NCBI GenBank assembly: GCA_964529905.1
Contig: CAZGXJ010000001.1
Span: 45,054-109,053 of the forward strand
Length of the DNA stretch: 64,000 nucleotides
Reading direction: 5' to 3'
DNA from: an uncultured Nitrososphaeria archaeon
GTDB taxonomy: Archaea > Thermoproteota > Nitrososphaeria > Geothermarchaeales > JDFR-13
Every line of letters begins with the position of its first letter. Position 1 is the stretch's first letter. Both the position numbers and the translations under genes were made by a program. Below the pieces are notes generated by a model that saw only the letters and a program-made list of their open reading frames with translations, was not told the DNA's origin and made no database searches. Below, piece after piece: positions 47,847 through 57,625 of the stretch.

Positions 47847-47969
47847 ATGGATGCCAATTTATTTTACGACATGCTTGTAACACTAACCACAGCTTTAGCA
47901 AGTCTAGCAATTGTACTTACAATTTATGGACAGTATTTATCAATGAAAAAGAAAGGATCTAAATCCTAA
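47847..47969 (+). CDS. Possible 40-aa single-pass membrane micro-protein
   Basis: My translation is MDANLFYDMLVTLTTALASLAIVLTIYGQYLSMKKKGSKS: one TM helix plus a basic tail, preceded by gGAGataGGTGAgtaac. Below the track cut-off, and its 3' end overlaps the convergent gene by 11 nt. Confidence 0.2.
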   Translation: MDANLFYDMLVTLTTALASLAIVLTIYGQYLSMKKKGSKS

Positions 47970-49440
47970 CGATTCTACTAAAAGCTCTTAATCTAACTCT
48001 TAGAGGATTATACGCACTTCTAACTAATAGAGATTTTATGTCTGGAATTACTGCTCTTAACTCCACTTTATCACCTAATTCAACCGGAGTTTCTGTATAA
48101 TCTTCTATAGAATTTCTAAAGATAGCTATAAACGGTTCTCTCTCTTCATCTTCTAAAAGAATTGAGCCAAAAATATCGCCTTCCAAGGGTTCTTGTATAG
48201 ATACGATCCTCCCCCGTATATTAACATATCTATTTTCCGTTAGTATGTTTTTAACATTTAAAGTGGGGATCTCAAACGATATTTTTCTAGTTTTAGAAAA
48301 TTCAAATTTTGTAATATCTGTAGTAAATAAGTTTACATATCTACCATACAACCCTTCTTTAATTGAAGTTCTAAAAATGTATATCGTAAACTCGTCTCCT
48401 TCATTTAAACCATTCAACTCATTGATTTTATCGTCTAATAATGACAGTACAGCTTCATTTTCACCGTCATAGACCAAAATGTTTTTTACCCTTGAATTTT
48501 GTCTCATCCTCGTTTTACCTATAGCAACTGCTTTCAGATATATGAAATTAATATTGAAACCTATCTTTACATCCTTAAGGCTAATTGGCTCAGGGGATAA
48601 ATCTACTTTTTTATCATATGCTGGCTCTAAATATGAGTATTTTGTAAACCTTAGCTCCAACTCATTGAAACGATTTATACGACTTCTGACATAATACAAA
48701 TTGATAGGAGTACCGGGTTTGATATCATATATTTTTTGCGGGAAGGAGGACCATGTCGAACATCTAAGAACTGTTTTTTTATATCCGATATAAAACGAAC
48801 TCAAAGTCCTTTGTTCACCATTTATTGTTACGTTTCTCTCAAGAGGTTTAGTTAAAAAAATTCCATAAGTAAAAACAACTTCATCTGTTTTTATTTGATC
48901 CAGGGGCTTAATAAAATTATCTATTGTAGGTAAACTATCCTCATATTCTGGCTTTACAGATATAACTGCCCTTTCTGGTACATGAATTACAATTCCTCCT
49001 TGTATGTTAGGCCTTGTATAACAACCCTTTATTTCAATAGGTACGCCTACTTCTATGCCTTCTCCTCTTAACTCTTCCATAGTCCTGTTCCAGAATATGA
49101 TTGGGAGGATAGAAGTATTATCTAAAATGCCGCCTCTTACATAAGTTCCTTTTGCATATCTCTCAGTGCTACCTAGCCAGGCTAATCTACCAATTATATG
49201 GACATTGGATAATCCGCCTATAAGCTCATCTAAAGAAAGTGATTTCTTTACCCTAGTGCCTGGGGCCACTCTATATTCCAATGAAATTAGATATAGGGCT
49301 GTTTTTCGTGATATACCAAGTGAACTAACATAATCTTCTATCATCTTTTCTAAATCTCCTCTATTTAATGTAGGGACTGTAGATAGAATATAATTAATTA
49401 AGTCCTCTTCACTCATATCCTCTTTCATATCATCCCACAA
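47959..49440 (-). CDS. RPA-like multi-OB-fold ssDNA-binding protein candidate
   Basis: The N-terminal helical module ends ...GISRKTALYLISLEYRV. It is followed by an OB-fold-like unit VHIIGRLAWLGSTERYAKGTYVRGGILDNTSILPIIFWNRTMEEL...GVPIEIKGCY. This matches the archaeal RPA pattern (v.i.grV...r.f....g...l.DeTG.ir.tlW...a). Further similar units follow. No Zn-finger is seen. Confidence 0.5.
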   Translation of the reverse strand: MWDDMKEDMSEEDLINYILSTVPTLNRGDLEKMIEDYVSSLGISRKTALYLISLEYRVAPGTRVKKSLSLDELIGGLSNVHIIGRLAWLGSTERYAKGTYVRGGILDNTSILPIIFWNRTMEELRGEGIEVGVPIEIKGCYTRPNIQGGIVIHVPERAVISVKPEYEDSLPTIDNFIKPLDQIKTDEVVFTYGIFLTKPLERNVTINGEQRTLSSFYIGYKKTVLRCSTWSSFPQKIYDIKPGTPINLYYVRSRINRFNELELRFTKYSYLEPAYDKKVDLSPEPISLKDVKIGFNINFIYLKAVAIGKTRMRQNSRVKNILVYDGENEAVLSLLDDKINELNGLNEGDEFTIYIFRTSIKEGLYGRYVNLFTTDITKFEFSKTRKISFEIPTLNVKNILTENRYVNIRGRIVSIQEPLEGDIFGSILLEDEEREPFIAIFRNSIEDYTETPVELGDKVELRAVIPDIKSLLVRSAYNPLRVRLRAFSRIVRI

Positions 49441-49549
49441 TTTTAAAAATCACATTTTTCAATATTTACTTTCTCAAAGACGTTTTAAAATTTATCGCCT
49501 TGTTAGAATATACATCCTAGAGAGATACCTATAGAAATAATTATTTGAA

Positions 49550-49846
49550 CTACTGTTGCAGCTTTTCTGTATCAACTATATGAATTCTTATTCTGGATAC
49601 CTTTTTTGGCAGACCTCTTACTGTTTCCCCTTCTACCATGTCTATCTCGATTTTTTCAATTTCTAAAGAAGTTTTACCGAATAAATTCTTCAAATAGTTA
49701 TATACATCCACAGCTTTACATATATTTGATCCTAGGGCCTCCACAATAACTTTTGATGAGCCTTTCTCGAATAGTTTTAGGCATACATTCAAGTAAAAAG
49801 ACATTCCCTTTTTACCAATATAGACAATTGGAGTATCATTCATCAT
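49550..49846 (-). CDS. albA: DNA/RNA-binding protein Alba
   Basis: IVYIGKKGMSFYLNVCLKLFEKGSSKVIVEALGSNICKAVDVYNYLKN...VSRIRIHI fits Alba (IGkKp.m.YV......f..g...v.ikArG.aI.kAVDv.e). Confidence 0.85.
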   Translation of the reverse strand: MMNDTPIVYIGKKGMSFYLNVCLKLFEKGSSKVIVEALGSNICKAVDVYNYLKNLFGKTSLEIEKIEIDMVEGETVRGLPKKVSRIRIHIVDTEKLQQ

Positions 49847-49910
49847 ATTACACCTTATTAATAGCCAATATAAAATCTTCCCATTGATACACTAAAAAAT
49901 TTAACAGATT

Positions 49911-51695
49911 TTAAATGAGTATTATTAATGATGAGATGATAAAAAGAAAAACAAGAATTGAGTAAGCAGCTGTTTTGAATATTTTTAAAGCGGTTTGTGA
50001 GGCTTTGCCAAGCCGATCCAATAGATCATAACCTAAGACTTTTACATTGATATCATTTGAGTATATATGGGCCTCAGCATTTTGGGCATTCCGTTTACAT
50101 ACTTTAATCCCCAGTCTTACAGCTTCAACGACCCTGTCACCGATACCCTCCATTTCTCCTAAAATTCTATATCCACCTTCTATAAGCTCGATAGCCGTTA
50201 CTTCATGGGTATCTGTTGTAGCAATAACCGCATAATCAATACCCATCTCATTTAATACCTTTTCGACCTCCTTTTTTAACTTAGGAGAAAGATTATTTGA
50301 ATCAATTACTACAATACAATTTGAAGAAGAGAGAGTTTCAAGATATAATATGCCAATACCCGATGAGCCGAGTCCTTCATTAATACCTGTTTTAGGAGGA
50401 TTTATTTTTATAGAAGCTGCTTTAAATGGATATATTTCTTCACTTCTCAAGATATTAATTACTTCTTTGGACGCAATAATTAACTCTTCTACATTTTCTT
50501 TTGTCATGACCAAAGATTTATTAATAAGAGAATTATGACAATCAACAGTTATCAGAATATCAAAGCCATTATTTTTTGCATAAGATTCCAAATCAGGAAG
50601 AATGTAATTAGGAACATCTTCCATTTCTTCATACTCGAGAAACAATAAAATATTATTACATAACCTTAAACCATGAACTCTAGCTTTCCCATATGAGTAA
50701 GTAACTAAATTACTTATTTTATTGCAAATCTTAGCTTTTTTAAAGCTGATTCCCTCCTCAAGCAGTTTGAATACCTGTGAATTAGAGGAAAGATCGAGCT
50801 CATGTGATGAAGGAGTATGAAACACAAGACAATTCAAATTTTTATTTATATTAAAGTATGATGAGGCAACTGTAGGAAAATTGCTACTTCCAATACTTCT
50901 AAAAGGACCAAAATGTATTTGAGGAAAGATTAATACAGATGGTTTAATTTTTATGTTAGGTATAACAACATAATTTACTTTTGTTTTAATTGATATTGAT
51001 TCTCTTTCTAAAAGGCTGTCTAAATATCTCGGATCATCTAGTAGCCATGCACTCACATAGCCTCTAAGATAGTTAAGCAGACCATTTTTGATATAGGGAG
51101 AGCCGATCCTCCTATCTATGTATTCATATACTGTAATAAGTAAGACTATTGGCAGAAAAACATAGAGTATGTGACTGGAGAGTACATTTAAATTTAGAAA
51201 TAGAGAGATAATTATAACCATAATACTCTTTACAGTAATAACGATTAGAGATTTATATCTTCCCTCTGTCAATAAAGGATAAAAAACTAGAACATCGATA
51301 TAGAAGCATAGCCCAAGAAGAACGATTAAATTTATCATATAGTCGTATCGATTTAATGCAAAGGATAAGATAAAAACAATAAATTGAAAAACTGTGTATA
51401 TTGCTAGCTGTATATAATTTTTCCCTAAAAGTCTCCGAAAAGTAAAAATTTTGCTTGGTTTATTTTCTAGAAAAAATACAATCAGTAAATAATCCATGAA
51501 AAGGAAGAGTGGAGGGAGGAAAATAAGAAATAAAAATCCATAATAGCTCAAGAGCTGGTTGGAGTTAAAAAGTAAAACATTTAAACCCAGGTATAGGAAA
51601 TAAAGACTTAAATATATAACAGCAACTTTTTTTAAAGTTCCGAAACTAAAAAGGTTCCTATATAACTCAATATATCTTTGTGAAACGGAGCTCAT
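49911..51695 (-). CDS. Large membrane protein with a cytoplasmic C-terminal domain (DUF2070-like)
   Basis: 594 aa. About 6-7 N-terminal TM segments, a ~330-aa soluble domain, then a final TM. The architecture matches the archaeal DUF2070/COG3356 family (assignment from memory). Confidence 0.45.
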   Translation of the reverse strand: MSSVSQRYIELYRNLFSFGTLKKVAVIYLSLYFLYLGLNVLLFNSNQLLSYYGFLFLIFLPPLFLFMDYLLIVFFLENKPSKIFTFRRLLGKNYIQLAIYTVFQFIVFILSFALNRYDYMINLIVLLGLCFYIDVLVFYPLLTEGRYKSLIVITVKSIMVIIISLFLNLNVLSSHILYVFLPIVLLITVYEYIDRRIGSPYIKNGLLNYLRGYVSAWLLDDPRYLDSLLERESISIKTKVNYVVIPNIKIKPSVLIFPQIHFGPFRSIGSSNFPTVASSYFNINKNLNCLVFHTPSSHELDLSSNSQVFKLLEEGISFKKAKICNKISNLVTYSYGKARVHGLRLCNNILLFLEYEEMEDVPNYILPDLESYAKNNGFDILITVDCHNSLINKSLVMTKENVEELIIASKEVINILRSEEIYPFKAASIKINPPKTGINEGLGSSGIGILYLETLSSSNCIVVIDSNNLSPKLKKEVEKVLNEMGIDYAVIATTDTHEVTAIELIEGGYRILGEMEGIGDRVVEAVRLGIKVCKRNAQNAEAHIYSNDINVKVLGYDLLDRLGKASQTALKIFKTAAYSILVFLFIISSLIILI

Positions 51696-51700
51696 TTATT

Positions 51701-51871
51701 TTATGCAACTGGGAATAAATATCTAATAAGTAAAGATACTGCAATAAATGCTATAGTGGTGACTACTAAGTATACTGGATTGATACTTATCCCGGAAAGA
51801 GAGTCTTCAAAAAATCTTAAAAGCCCCGCCGTACTTGCTGGCATAGGCGCTTCTCTCCTCCTACGAGACAT
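51701..51871 (-). CDS. secG: Preprotein translocase subunit Sec61-beta (archaeal SecG)
   Basis: 56-aa ORF below the track cut-off. My translation is MSRRRREAPMPASTAGLLRFFEDSLSGISINPVYLVVTTIAFIAVSLLIRYLFPVA. The P.s.AGL.RFf motif plus a tail-anchor TM is diagnostic. Confidence 0.75.
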   Translation of the reverse strand: MSRRRREAPMPASTAGLLRFFEDSLSGISINPVYLVVTTIAFIAVSLLIRYLFPVA

Positions 51872-52046
51872 ACAAACCACCAGCTCAATTAATTATCTAC
51901 ACACTTATAAATAAAAATTTTTCTGTGTAATGTAGAGATAAATCTAACTTATTTTCATACATATCTCCACATAATAACTTTCTAATTATATGTTATTCTT
52001 TTATTAGTTTAGGAAAATTTCTTAATAAAATGAGGAGGAGAGAGTA

Positions 52047-53189
52047 ATGAATATGATATCTAGTGTTTTACAGATTTCAGATGAGTATAACATGATCATA
52101 CAAACTCTGTATATTTTACTCTTTATCGTTCTAATATTTTTCGGCCAAAGGATCCAGTTCCATTTATCACTTTTAGAGGTTGGAAGTATATTGAAACAAC
52201 TCCTATTTTTAAGAAATACTGCAATAAATCAAACGTTAAATGAACTTAAAAAATACTCTCAGGATGAAACCACAGTAGAGAAGAAATTTAATAGATTAAT
52301 AAATTCATTTATGATTCTGCCTGAGGCTATGGATCCAAGTGGAATAGTAAAAAAGGTAGAACATATAGTAGATACGCGAGAAACTAGATTTCTAGATGAT
52401 GTTAAGAGAATTGTTAATAAGGAGAACATTGAGGAGGCAAAAATAAGGAATCTTAGTAATATGGTAGAGGCAGCTATGGCTTTAAATATTATATACAAGA
52501 TAGTACAGCATTACTATCTCCTTGCTAAAAAGACGAAAAACTTCTTCGTAATGGCCCAGCTTCAGATGATAGTACCATTAATATTTAACGAAGCAAAATC
52601 CTATTTACAAGCAATAACAGCCTTCAAATTGGGAACTCCCATAGGTGATTCGATCGGCCCTCTTATCGCCCATAAGTTTGTTTTCAACGACGAAACAAAA
52701 ATTATAGAAGAGAAGAAGGAATTTGTCAAGGACACAACATTATATATCGTCGAGAAGAATGGGAGAACATTTTACGTTATCAAAGCTTCTGGTCCAGGTG
52801 GAAACGTCGGGAAACCTGGGGAAGCCATAAGAAAGATCATTAACAGCCTTAAAAAGGAGAAGAAGAGAATATCAGGAGTAATAATGATAGACGCTGCATT
52901 AAAACTGGAAGGTGAGAAAACAGGTGAAGTAGCGGAAGGAGTTGGAGCCGCCATCGGGGGGATCGGTGTTGAAAAGTTTAAGATTGAGGAGATAACCACT
53001 AAGAATAAAATCCCCTTATATGCAATAATCATAAAACAGAGTTTAGCTGAAGCTATAACAACCATGAAAAAAGAGATAGCCCAATCCGTTAACGACGTAA
53101 TTTCTAGAATTGAAAGATTAGCTAGAGAGGAACTAAAAGAAGGAGTAATAATATTAGCTGGTATAGGCAACACAATAGGTGTCCCATAA
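52047..53189 (+). CDS. Conserved archaeal N-terminally anchored protein (DUF1512-like)
   Basis: 380 aa. One N-terminal TM (IIQTLYILLFIVLIFFG), a helical middle and a Gly-rich C-terminal domain (ASGPGGNVGKPGEA...GVGAAIGGIGVEKF). The family assignment is from memory only. Confidence 0.4.
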   Translation: MNMISSVLQISDEYNMIIQTLYILLFIVLIFFGQRIQFHLSLLEVGSILKQLLFLRNTAINQTLNELKKYSQDETTVEKKFNRLINSFMILPEAMDPSGIVKKVEHIVDTRETRFLDDVKRIVNKENIEEAKIRNLSNMVEAAMALNIIYKIVQHYYLLAKKTKNFFVMAQLQMIVPLIFNEAKSYLQAITAFKLGTPIGDSIGPLIAHKFVFNDETKIIEEKKEFVKDTTLYIVEKNGRTFYVIKASGPGGNVGKPGEAIRKIINSLKKEKKRISGVIMIDAALKLEGEKTGEVAEGVGAAIGGIGVEKFKIEEITTKNKIPLYAIIIKQSLAEAITTMKKEIAQSVNDVISRIERLAREELKEGVIILAGIGNTIGVP

Positions 53190-53486
53190 ATGTATCAAGA
53201 GTTTATATTGCAATTGAATAACTTTGATTTGATTATAATTTTAACACTAATTATGATATTTATCTTTATTATTTTGAGTGACATGAGACGACAAGGTAGG
53301 AATATGAGATTTAAAACTCCCGAAATTGCTGTCCAACTATTGTGTAAAAACTGCGGATTTAAGGAGATACGAAAATTCAAAGAAGGAGACTATATCTCAA
53401 AACATACAGATAAATGTGCAAAATGCGGAGGAGACATGATTATAGATTTGATATTCATTGAAGAAACAACAACTAAAAAAGAATAA
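53190..53486 (+). CDS. Small membrane-anchored zinc-ribbon protein
   Basis: 98 aa. TM (LIIILTLIMIFIFIIL), then CKNCG...x22...CAKCGG (C-x2-C...C-x2-C). The start abuts the stop of the preceding gene. Confidence 0.4.
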   Translation: MYQEFILQLNNFDLIIILTLIMIFIFIILSDMRRQGRNMRFKTPEIAVQLLCKNCGFKEIRKFKEGDYISKHTDKCAKCGGDMIIDLIFIEETTTKKE

Positions 53487-53493
53487 ATGGAGA

Positions 53494-54390
53494 TTAAATA
53501 TTTGTTGTAACTATTATCTCATCTTCAAGAACGATAACAGTATGTTCATATTGAGAAACTGGCACCCCCTTAGCTTCTATAAGAACTGGATAACCTTTTA
53601 TTATACCCATTCCAAATAGTTTGTTTAGCATCTCTTCTGAAAACACGTCTTCCATCCATCTATAGGTAAATGGCAAAGGGCCATAGTTAGACATGATATA
53701 TCTACGAACCTTGTCCAGATTCTTATCTTTGATCTTTTTAGTCTTTGATAGTGAATAAATTGTAATTAAATCCCCCGACACCACTTTTCCAGCGCCTGAG
53801 TCAAAAGTAACGAAAGGTTCAATTGCGTATACCTCACCCGCTTTAATAGTTGATGAAAAATATTCTTTTACATTGGGAAAATTCTTACCTGCATGAAGAT
53901 TATACCTATCTATGAGATGCCCAGATAAATTTTCTATAACTTTATATCCCTCCTTCTTTACTTCATCCTCTATAATCCCTCCAAGATATCCTAATTTTAT
54001 CCCCGGCCTCAATTGATCAATAATAAATTCTAAGATTTGTTTATTAACCCTTATAATATCATGAAACTCTTTACCTCTCGCAATAGTGATTGCTGTATCA
54101 GCGATATAACCATCAATATGCGCACCAACATCAATTTTCAACAATCCTTTATCGAAAACTATGGTCTCTTTTTTAATAGGTGTAAAATGAGCTGCTAATT
54201 GATTAAAACCAATATTACAAGGAAAAGCGAGTTTTGCACCACTTTCCAGTATAAATGACTCAGCTTTCTCTGCCACATCTCTAAGGTCTATATGTTTTTT
54301 TGGTGATATATAGTCATAAATTTTTTTTAATGCTAGTGCAGCGATTTTACCAGCTTTTATGTATTTCTCAATTATCTCTTCCTTCATCAT
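53494..54390 (-). CDS. map: Methionine aminopeptidase, type 2
   Basis: KIDVGAHIDGYIADTAITI, GHLIDRYNLHAGK, YAIEPFVT and QYEHTVIV (metal ligands D, D, H, E, E). Confidence 0.9.
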   Translation of the reverse strand: MMKEEIIEKYIKAGKIAALALKKIYDYISPKKHIDLRDVAEKAESFILESGAKLAFPCNIGFNQLAAHFTPIKKETIVFDKGLLKIDVGAHIDGYIADTAITIARGKEFHDIIRVNKQILEFIIDQLRPGIKLGYLGGIIEDEVKKEGYKVIENLSGHLIDRYNLHAGKNFPNVKEYFSSTIKAGEVYAIEPFVTFDSGAGKVVSGDLITIYSLSKTKKIKDKNLDKVRRYIMSNYGPLPFTYRWMEDVFSEEMLNKLFGMGIIKGYPVLIEAKGVPVSQYEHTVIVLEDEIIVTTNI

Positions 54391-54461
54391 CTAAACACTA
54401 CCACTACCAGCAACCTTATTTAAATTTCTTCTCTATGAATTATATTCAAATGTATTAAAAA

Positions 54462-54926
54462 ATGAAGAAATATGTATCCGTCATACTTGGTGGAACATTT
54501 GAGAACATCCATGCTGGACATATAAAGTTACTATCTATTGCTGTTAAACTTGGAGATATTTTATATATTGGATTGACATCTGATGAAATGGCTTCAAAAA
54601 TGAGAGGTAGAAAAGTCCTACCATATGATACTAGGTTTAAAAATTTAAATAGACTTTTAAAGAGTATGGACGCTAATAAAGAAATTAAAATATTTGAAAT
54701 AAATGATGAATATGGTCCCTCAATATTTCTTAGTGACTTAGATATCATAATCGTAAGTACTGAAACGTTTAAAGCCGCCCTTAAAATAAATGAGAAAAGA
54801 AGAGAGAAAGGGCTCCGTCCACTAATAATTTACGTTATAAATCTTCTGGAACATGATTATGGAGTAAAAATTAGTTCCTCATTAATAAACCAAAAATTGA
54901 TAGATGAATGGGGGAGAAGACGCTAA
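54462..54926 (+). CDS. coaD: Phosphopantetheine adenylyltransferase (archaeal type)
   Basis: VILGGTFENIHAGHIKLL is the cytidylyltransferase-fold G-x-F-x-x-x-H-x-G-H motif; 154 aa. Confidence 0.78.
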   Translation: MKKYVSVILGGTFENIHAGHIKLLSIAVKLGDILYIGLTSDEMASKMRGRKVLPYDTRFKNLNRLLKSMDANKEIKIFEINDEYGPSIFLSDLDIIIVSTETFKAALKINEKRREKGLRPLIIYVINLLEHDYGVKISSSLINQKLIDEWGRRR

Positions 54927-54932
54927 CCCAAC

Positions 54933-56030
54933 TCATATATAGCTAAGGATATCTTCCGAACTTCTAATTAAATTAATTCTCTTATTCATAACCATATCGC
55001 GATAATATTCGAGATTTTCTTTAAATTTATCCATAAACTCTACTAGAACTTCATATGTTATCATTTTTATTTCTCCACTTAAAAGTTCACCTTTTGAATA
55101 TTTTTCGGCCAATTCACTTAGATATGAGTTATCGTCCAATATATATGTCAAAATTCTGAAAGGTACGTCAACTTCTAGATTTGCTCCATACTTCCTATGT
55201 TCCTCCACAGTTGGTCTTCCACCTGAGAAAGCCCGCCATATTTTCCTTTTTAAGATTTTATAATCCTCCTCGGGTAAAAATATAGAATTTAAGGGATCAC
55301 TTTTACTCATTTTTTCTGATCCATCTAGACCTGGGATGAGACGGATATAGATTGAAGAGACTTGCTTAAAATTAAACATTTTTGTTCTTCTTATATAGTC
55401 TCTACATAACCTCAAATGCGGATCTTGATCAAGTCCTATTGGAACCAAACCTTTTACTGAAATGGCAAATTGCGGAAATAAAATATCTCCTATCTGTATA
55501 AGTGAAGATATGATTCTCGCTGGATCAATATCTCCATAAACAGCTTTAAGTTCATTGAAAGTAGTTTTTCTAGCTACATCACCCGCGATTTTTAATATAT
55601 CGGGATTATCAGATTGGTAATAAAAAAGGGTCTTATCTGGATCTAGTCCTAAAGCTAAATAGGTAGGAATATGATATTTAATCGAAAACTCCTTAGCCTC
55701 TTCTAGAGATACATTCCTCGTAGATAGAGACTCTATATCTGCAATAGCTATTATCGTTATTTTACTAATTTGTTGGAAATATTTTACAGATTCTACAACC
55801 GCATAAGTTCCTAAATGTATTAGTTTATAAGAAGGCATTATACCCGTCAATATGTAGAAAGGTTCTCCTTCCAACATGTTAACAAAGTCATCTTTACCTC
55901 TTACTGCTATGAAGATACCTCTATCTACGAATTTATGGGGAATTTTAAAGATGTTTTTCTCAATAGGTTCCAATCCGAATTCCTCAATTAACCTCCTCTC
56001 CCTATCTGAAAGCATGAATCCTCCACCCAC
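54933..56030 (-). CDS. trpS: Tryptophan--tRNA ligase
   Basis: ...FVDRGIFIAVRGKDDF..., FYILTGIMPSYKLIHLGT (HIGH region), PIGLDQDPHLRLCRDY, and KMSKSDP. Confidence 0.85.
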   Translation of the reverse strand: MGGGFMLSDRERRLIEEFGLEPIEKNIFKIPHKFVDRGIFIAVRGKDDFVNMLEGEPFYILTGIMPSYKLIHLGTYAVVESVKYFQQISKITIIAIADIESLSTRNVSLEEAKEFSIKYHIPTYLALGLDPDKTLFYYQSDNPDILKIAGDVARKTTFNELKAVYGDIDPARIISSLIQIGDILFPQFAISVKGLVPIGLDQDPHLRLCRDYIRRTKMFNFKQVSSIYIRLIPGLDGSEKMSKSDPLNSIFLPEEDYKILKRKIWRAFSGGRPTVEEHRKYGANLEVDVPFRILTYILDDNSYLSELAEKYSKGELLSGEIKMITYEVLVEFMDKFKENLEYYRDMVMNKRINLIRSSEDILSYI

Positions 56031-56110
56031 CGAGTAGATATATAAACCTAAAAACCCATTATCAATTCAATAAATTTATCTCTCTCCACCTAATAATCAA
56101 TATTTTTATA

Positions 56111-57625
56111 ATGATTAAAACTGCATTGATAAAAATAAAAAAAGGAGATAAGTTTGATATTTCAACGTTATCACGCTTATTAAATATTAACATCGATAAA
56201 TTACGAGGCTATTTGGAAGAATGGAAGAAAAAGAAATTTGTTGTCATATATACAATTCCTAAAACATTTTTAACGCCTGGAGAAACACTGTTAAATTATG
56301 GAGTACCACCAGAGGTAAAAATACTTGAAAAATTATTAGAAAACAACAGGAAGATAGAATTAAACACACTTCTAAAATCTACTGGACTCCATGAAATAGA
56401 ATATAGAGCTGGTATCTCTATACTTATTACTGAAAGGCTGGTTGTAATAAGAAAGGAAGATGCTAAAAGGTATGTGCAAATTATAGATGAAAATAGATCA
56501 AAAGAATATATTGAGGCACTTAAAAAAATAACCGATTTACTCTTAAAGCATGAAAAGATCTCATATGACAGAATGATCAAGCTTCTATCTCCCTTTGAGA
56601 GGAATTTATTGGAAAAACTTATGAAAAGACAGAAAATTATCCAAAAAAATATCTCCAAGGATTTTCTTGTGGAATTTATGGTTGACGGTTATACTTTAAT
56701 GAATTATCTTGAAGAAGTAGAAAATGTTATTAAGGATCTTTCTAAAGAGGTCATATTATCTGGAGAATGGAAGAAAAAGAAATTTAAGGAATATAATATA
56801 AGGGAAACTGGATATTACATTTCTCCTGGAAGAAGGCATCCCTTACGAGAATTAATAGAGGAAATTAGAGAAATATTCTTCGAATTAGGATTTGAAGAAG
56901 TAGAGGGACCTTTAATTGAATCATCATTCGTTAATTTTGATATGTTATTTCAACCACAAGATCATCCAGCAAGAGATATGCAAGACACTTTTTACTTAAA
57001 GGAACCAAAGGTTTATGATGAGGTCCCGTTTCCAGAATTAATAGATAAGATCAGAAAAGTACATGAATCTGGAGGGGATACTGGATCCATTGGTTGGAGA
57101 TATAAATGGTCATTAAAGGAAGCTAAAAAACTTGTTTTAAGAACTCATACAACAGCGGTAACTATACGGAACCTATATTTATTAAGAAACAGAGATAAAA
57201 TGAAGCTGTTCACTATAGGGAGGGTATTTAGAAATGAGACTATAGATTATAAACATTTAGCTGACTTTATGCAGGTCGACGGGATATATGTTGATAGGAA
57301 TGCAAATTTGAGGCTATTAATGGGTCTTCTAGAATATGTATTCAAAAAATTAGGCGCTGAGAAGGTCAAGTTTTGGCCTACATATTTCCCATTCACGGAA
57401 CCTTCCGTACAACCCACTATTTATTCTTCACATATAGGAGAATGGATAGAACTGGGAGGAGCCGGAATATTCAGACCCGAGATTACCAAACCTCTCGGTA
57501 TTAAAAATCCCGTACTAGCATGGGGATTGGGCCTCGAAAGAATAGTTATGATTAAATATGGTATTAATGACATAAGAGAAATATACCTAAATAAACTTAG
57601 TTGGTTAAGAAATAGGGTGGTATAA
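56111..57625 (+). CDS. pheS: Phenylalanine--tRNA ligase alpha subunit
   Basis: Class II motifs ...HPARDMQDTFY..., LRTHTTAV, FRNETIDYKHLADFMQVDG and GAGIFRPE...GLGLERI. Confidence 0.9.
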   Translation: MIKTALIKIKKGDKFDISTLSRLLNINIDKLRGYLEEWKKKKFVVIYTIPKTFLTPGETLLNYGVPPEVKILEKLLENNRKIELNTLLKSTGLHEIEYRAGISILITERLVVIRKEDAKRYVQIIDENRSKEYIEALKKITDLLLKHEKISYDRMIKLLSPFERNLLEKLMKRQKIIQKNISKDFLVEFMVDGYTLMNYLEEVENVIKDLSKEVILSGEWKKKKFKEYNIRETGYYISPGRRHPLRELIEEIREIFFELGFEEVEGPLIESSFVNFDMLFQPQDHPARDMQDTFYLKEPKVYDEVPFPELIDKIRKVHESGGDTGSIGWRYKWSLKEAKKLVLRTHTTAVTIRNLYLLRNRDKMKLFTIGRVFRNETIDYKHLADFMQVDGIYVDRNANLRLLMGLLEYVFKKLGAEKVKFWPTYFPFTEPSVQPTIYSSHIGEWIELGGAGIFRPEITKPLGIKNPVLAWGLGLERIVMIKYGINDIREIYLNKLSWLRNRVV

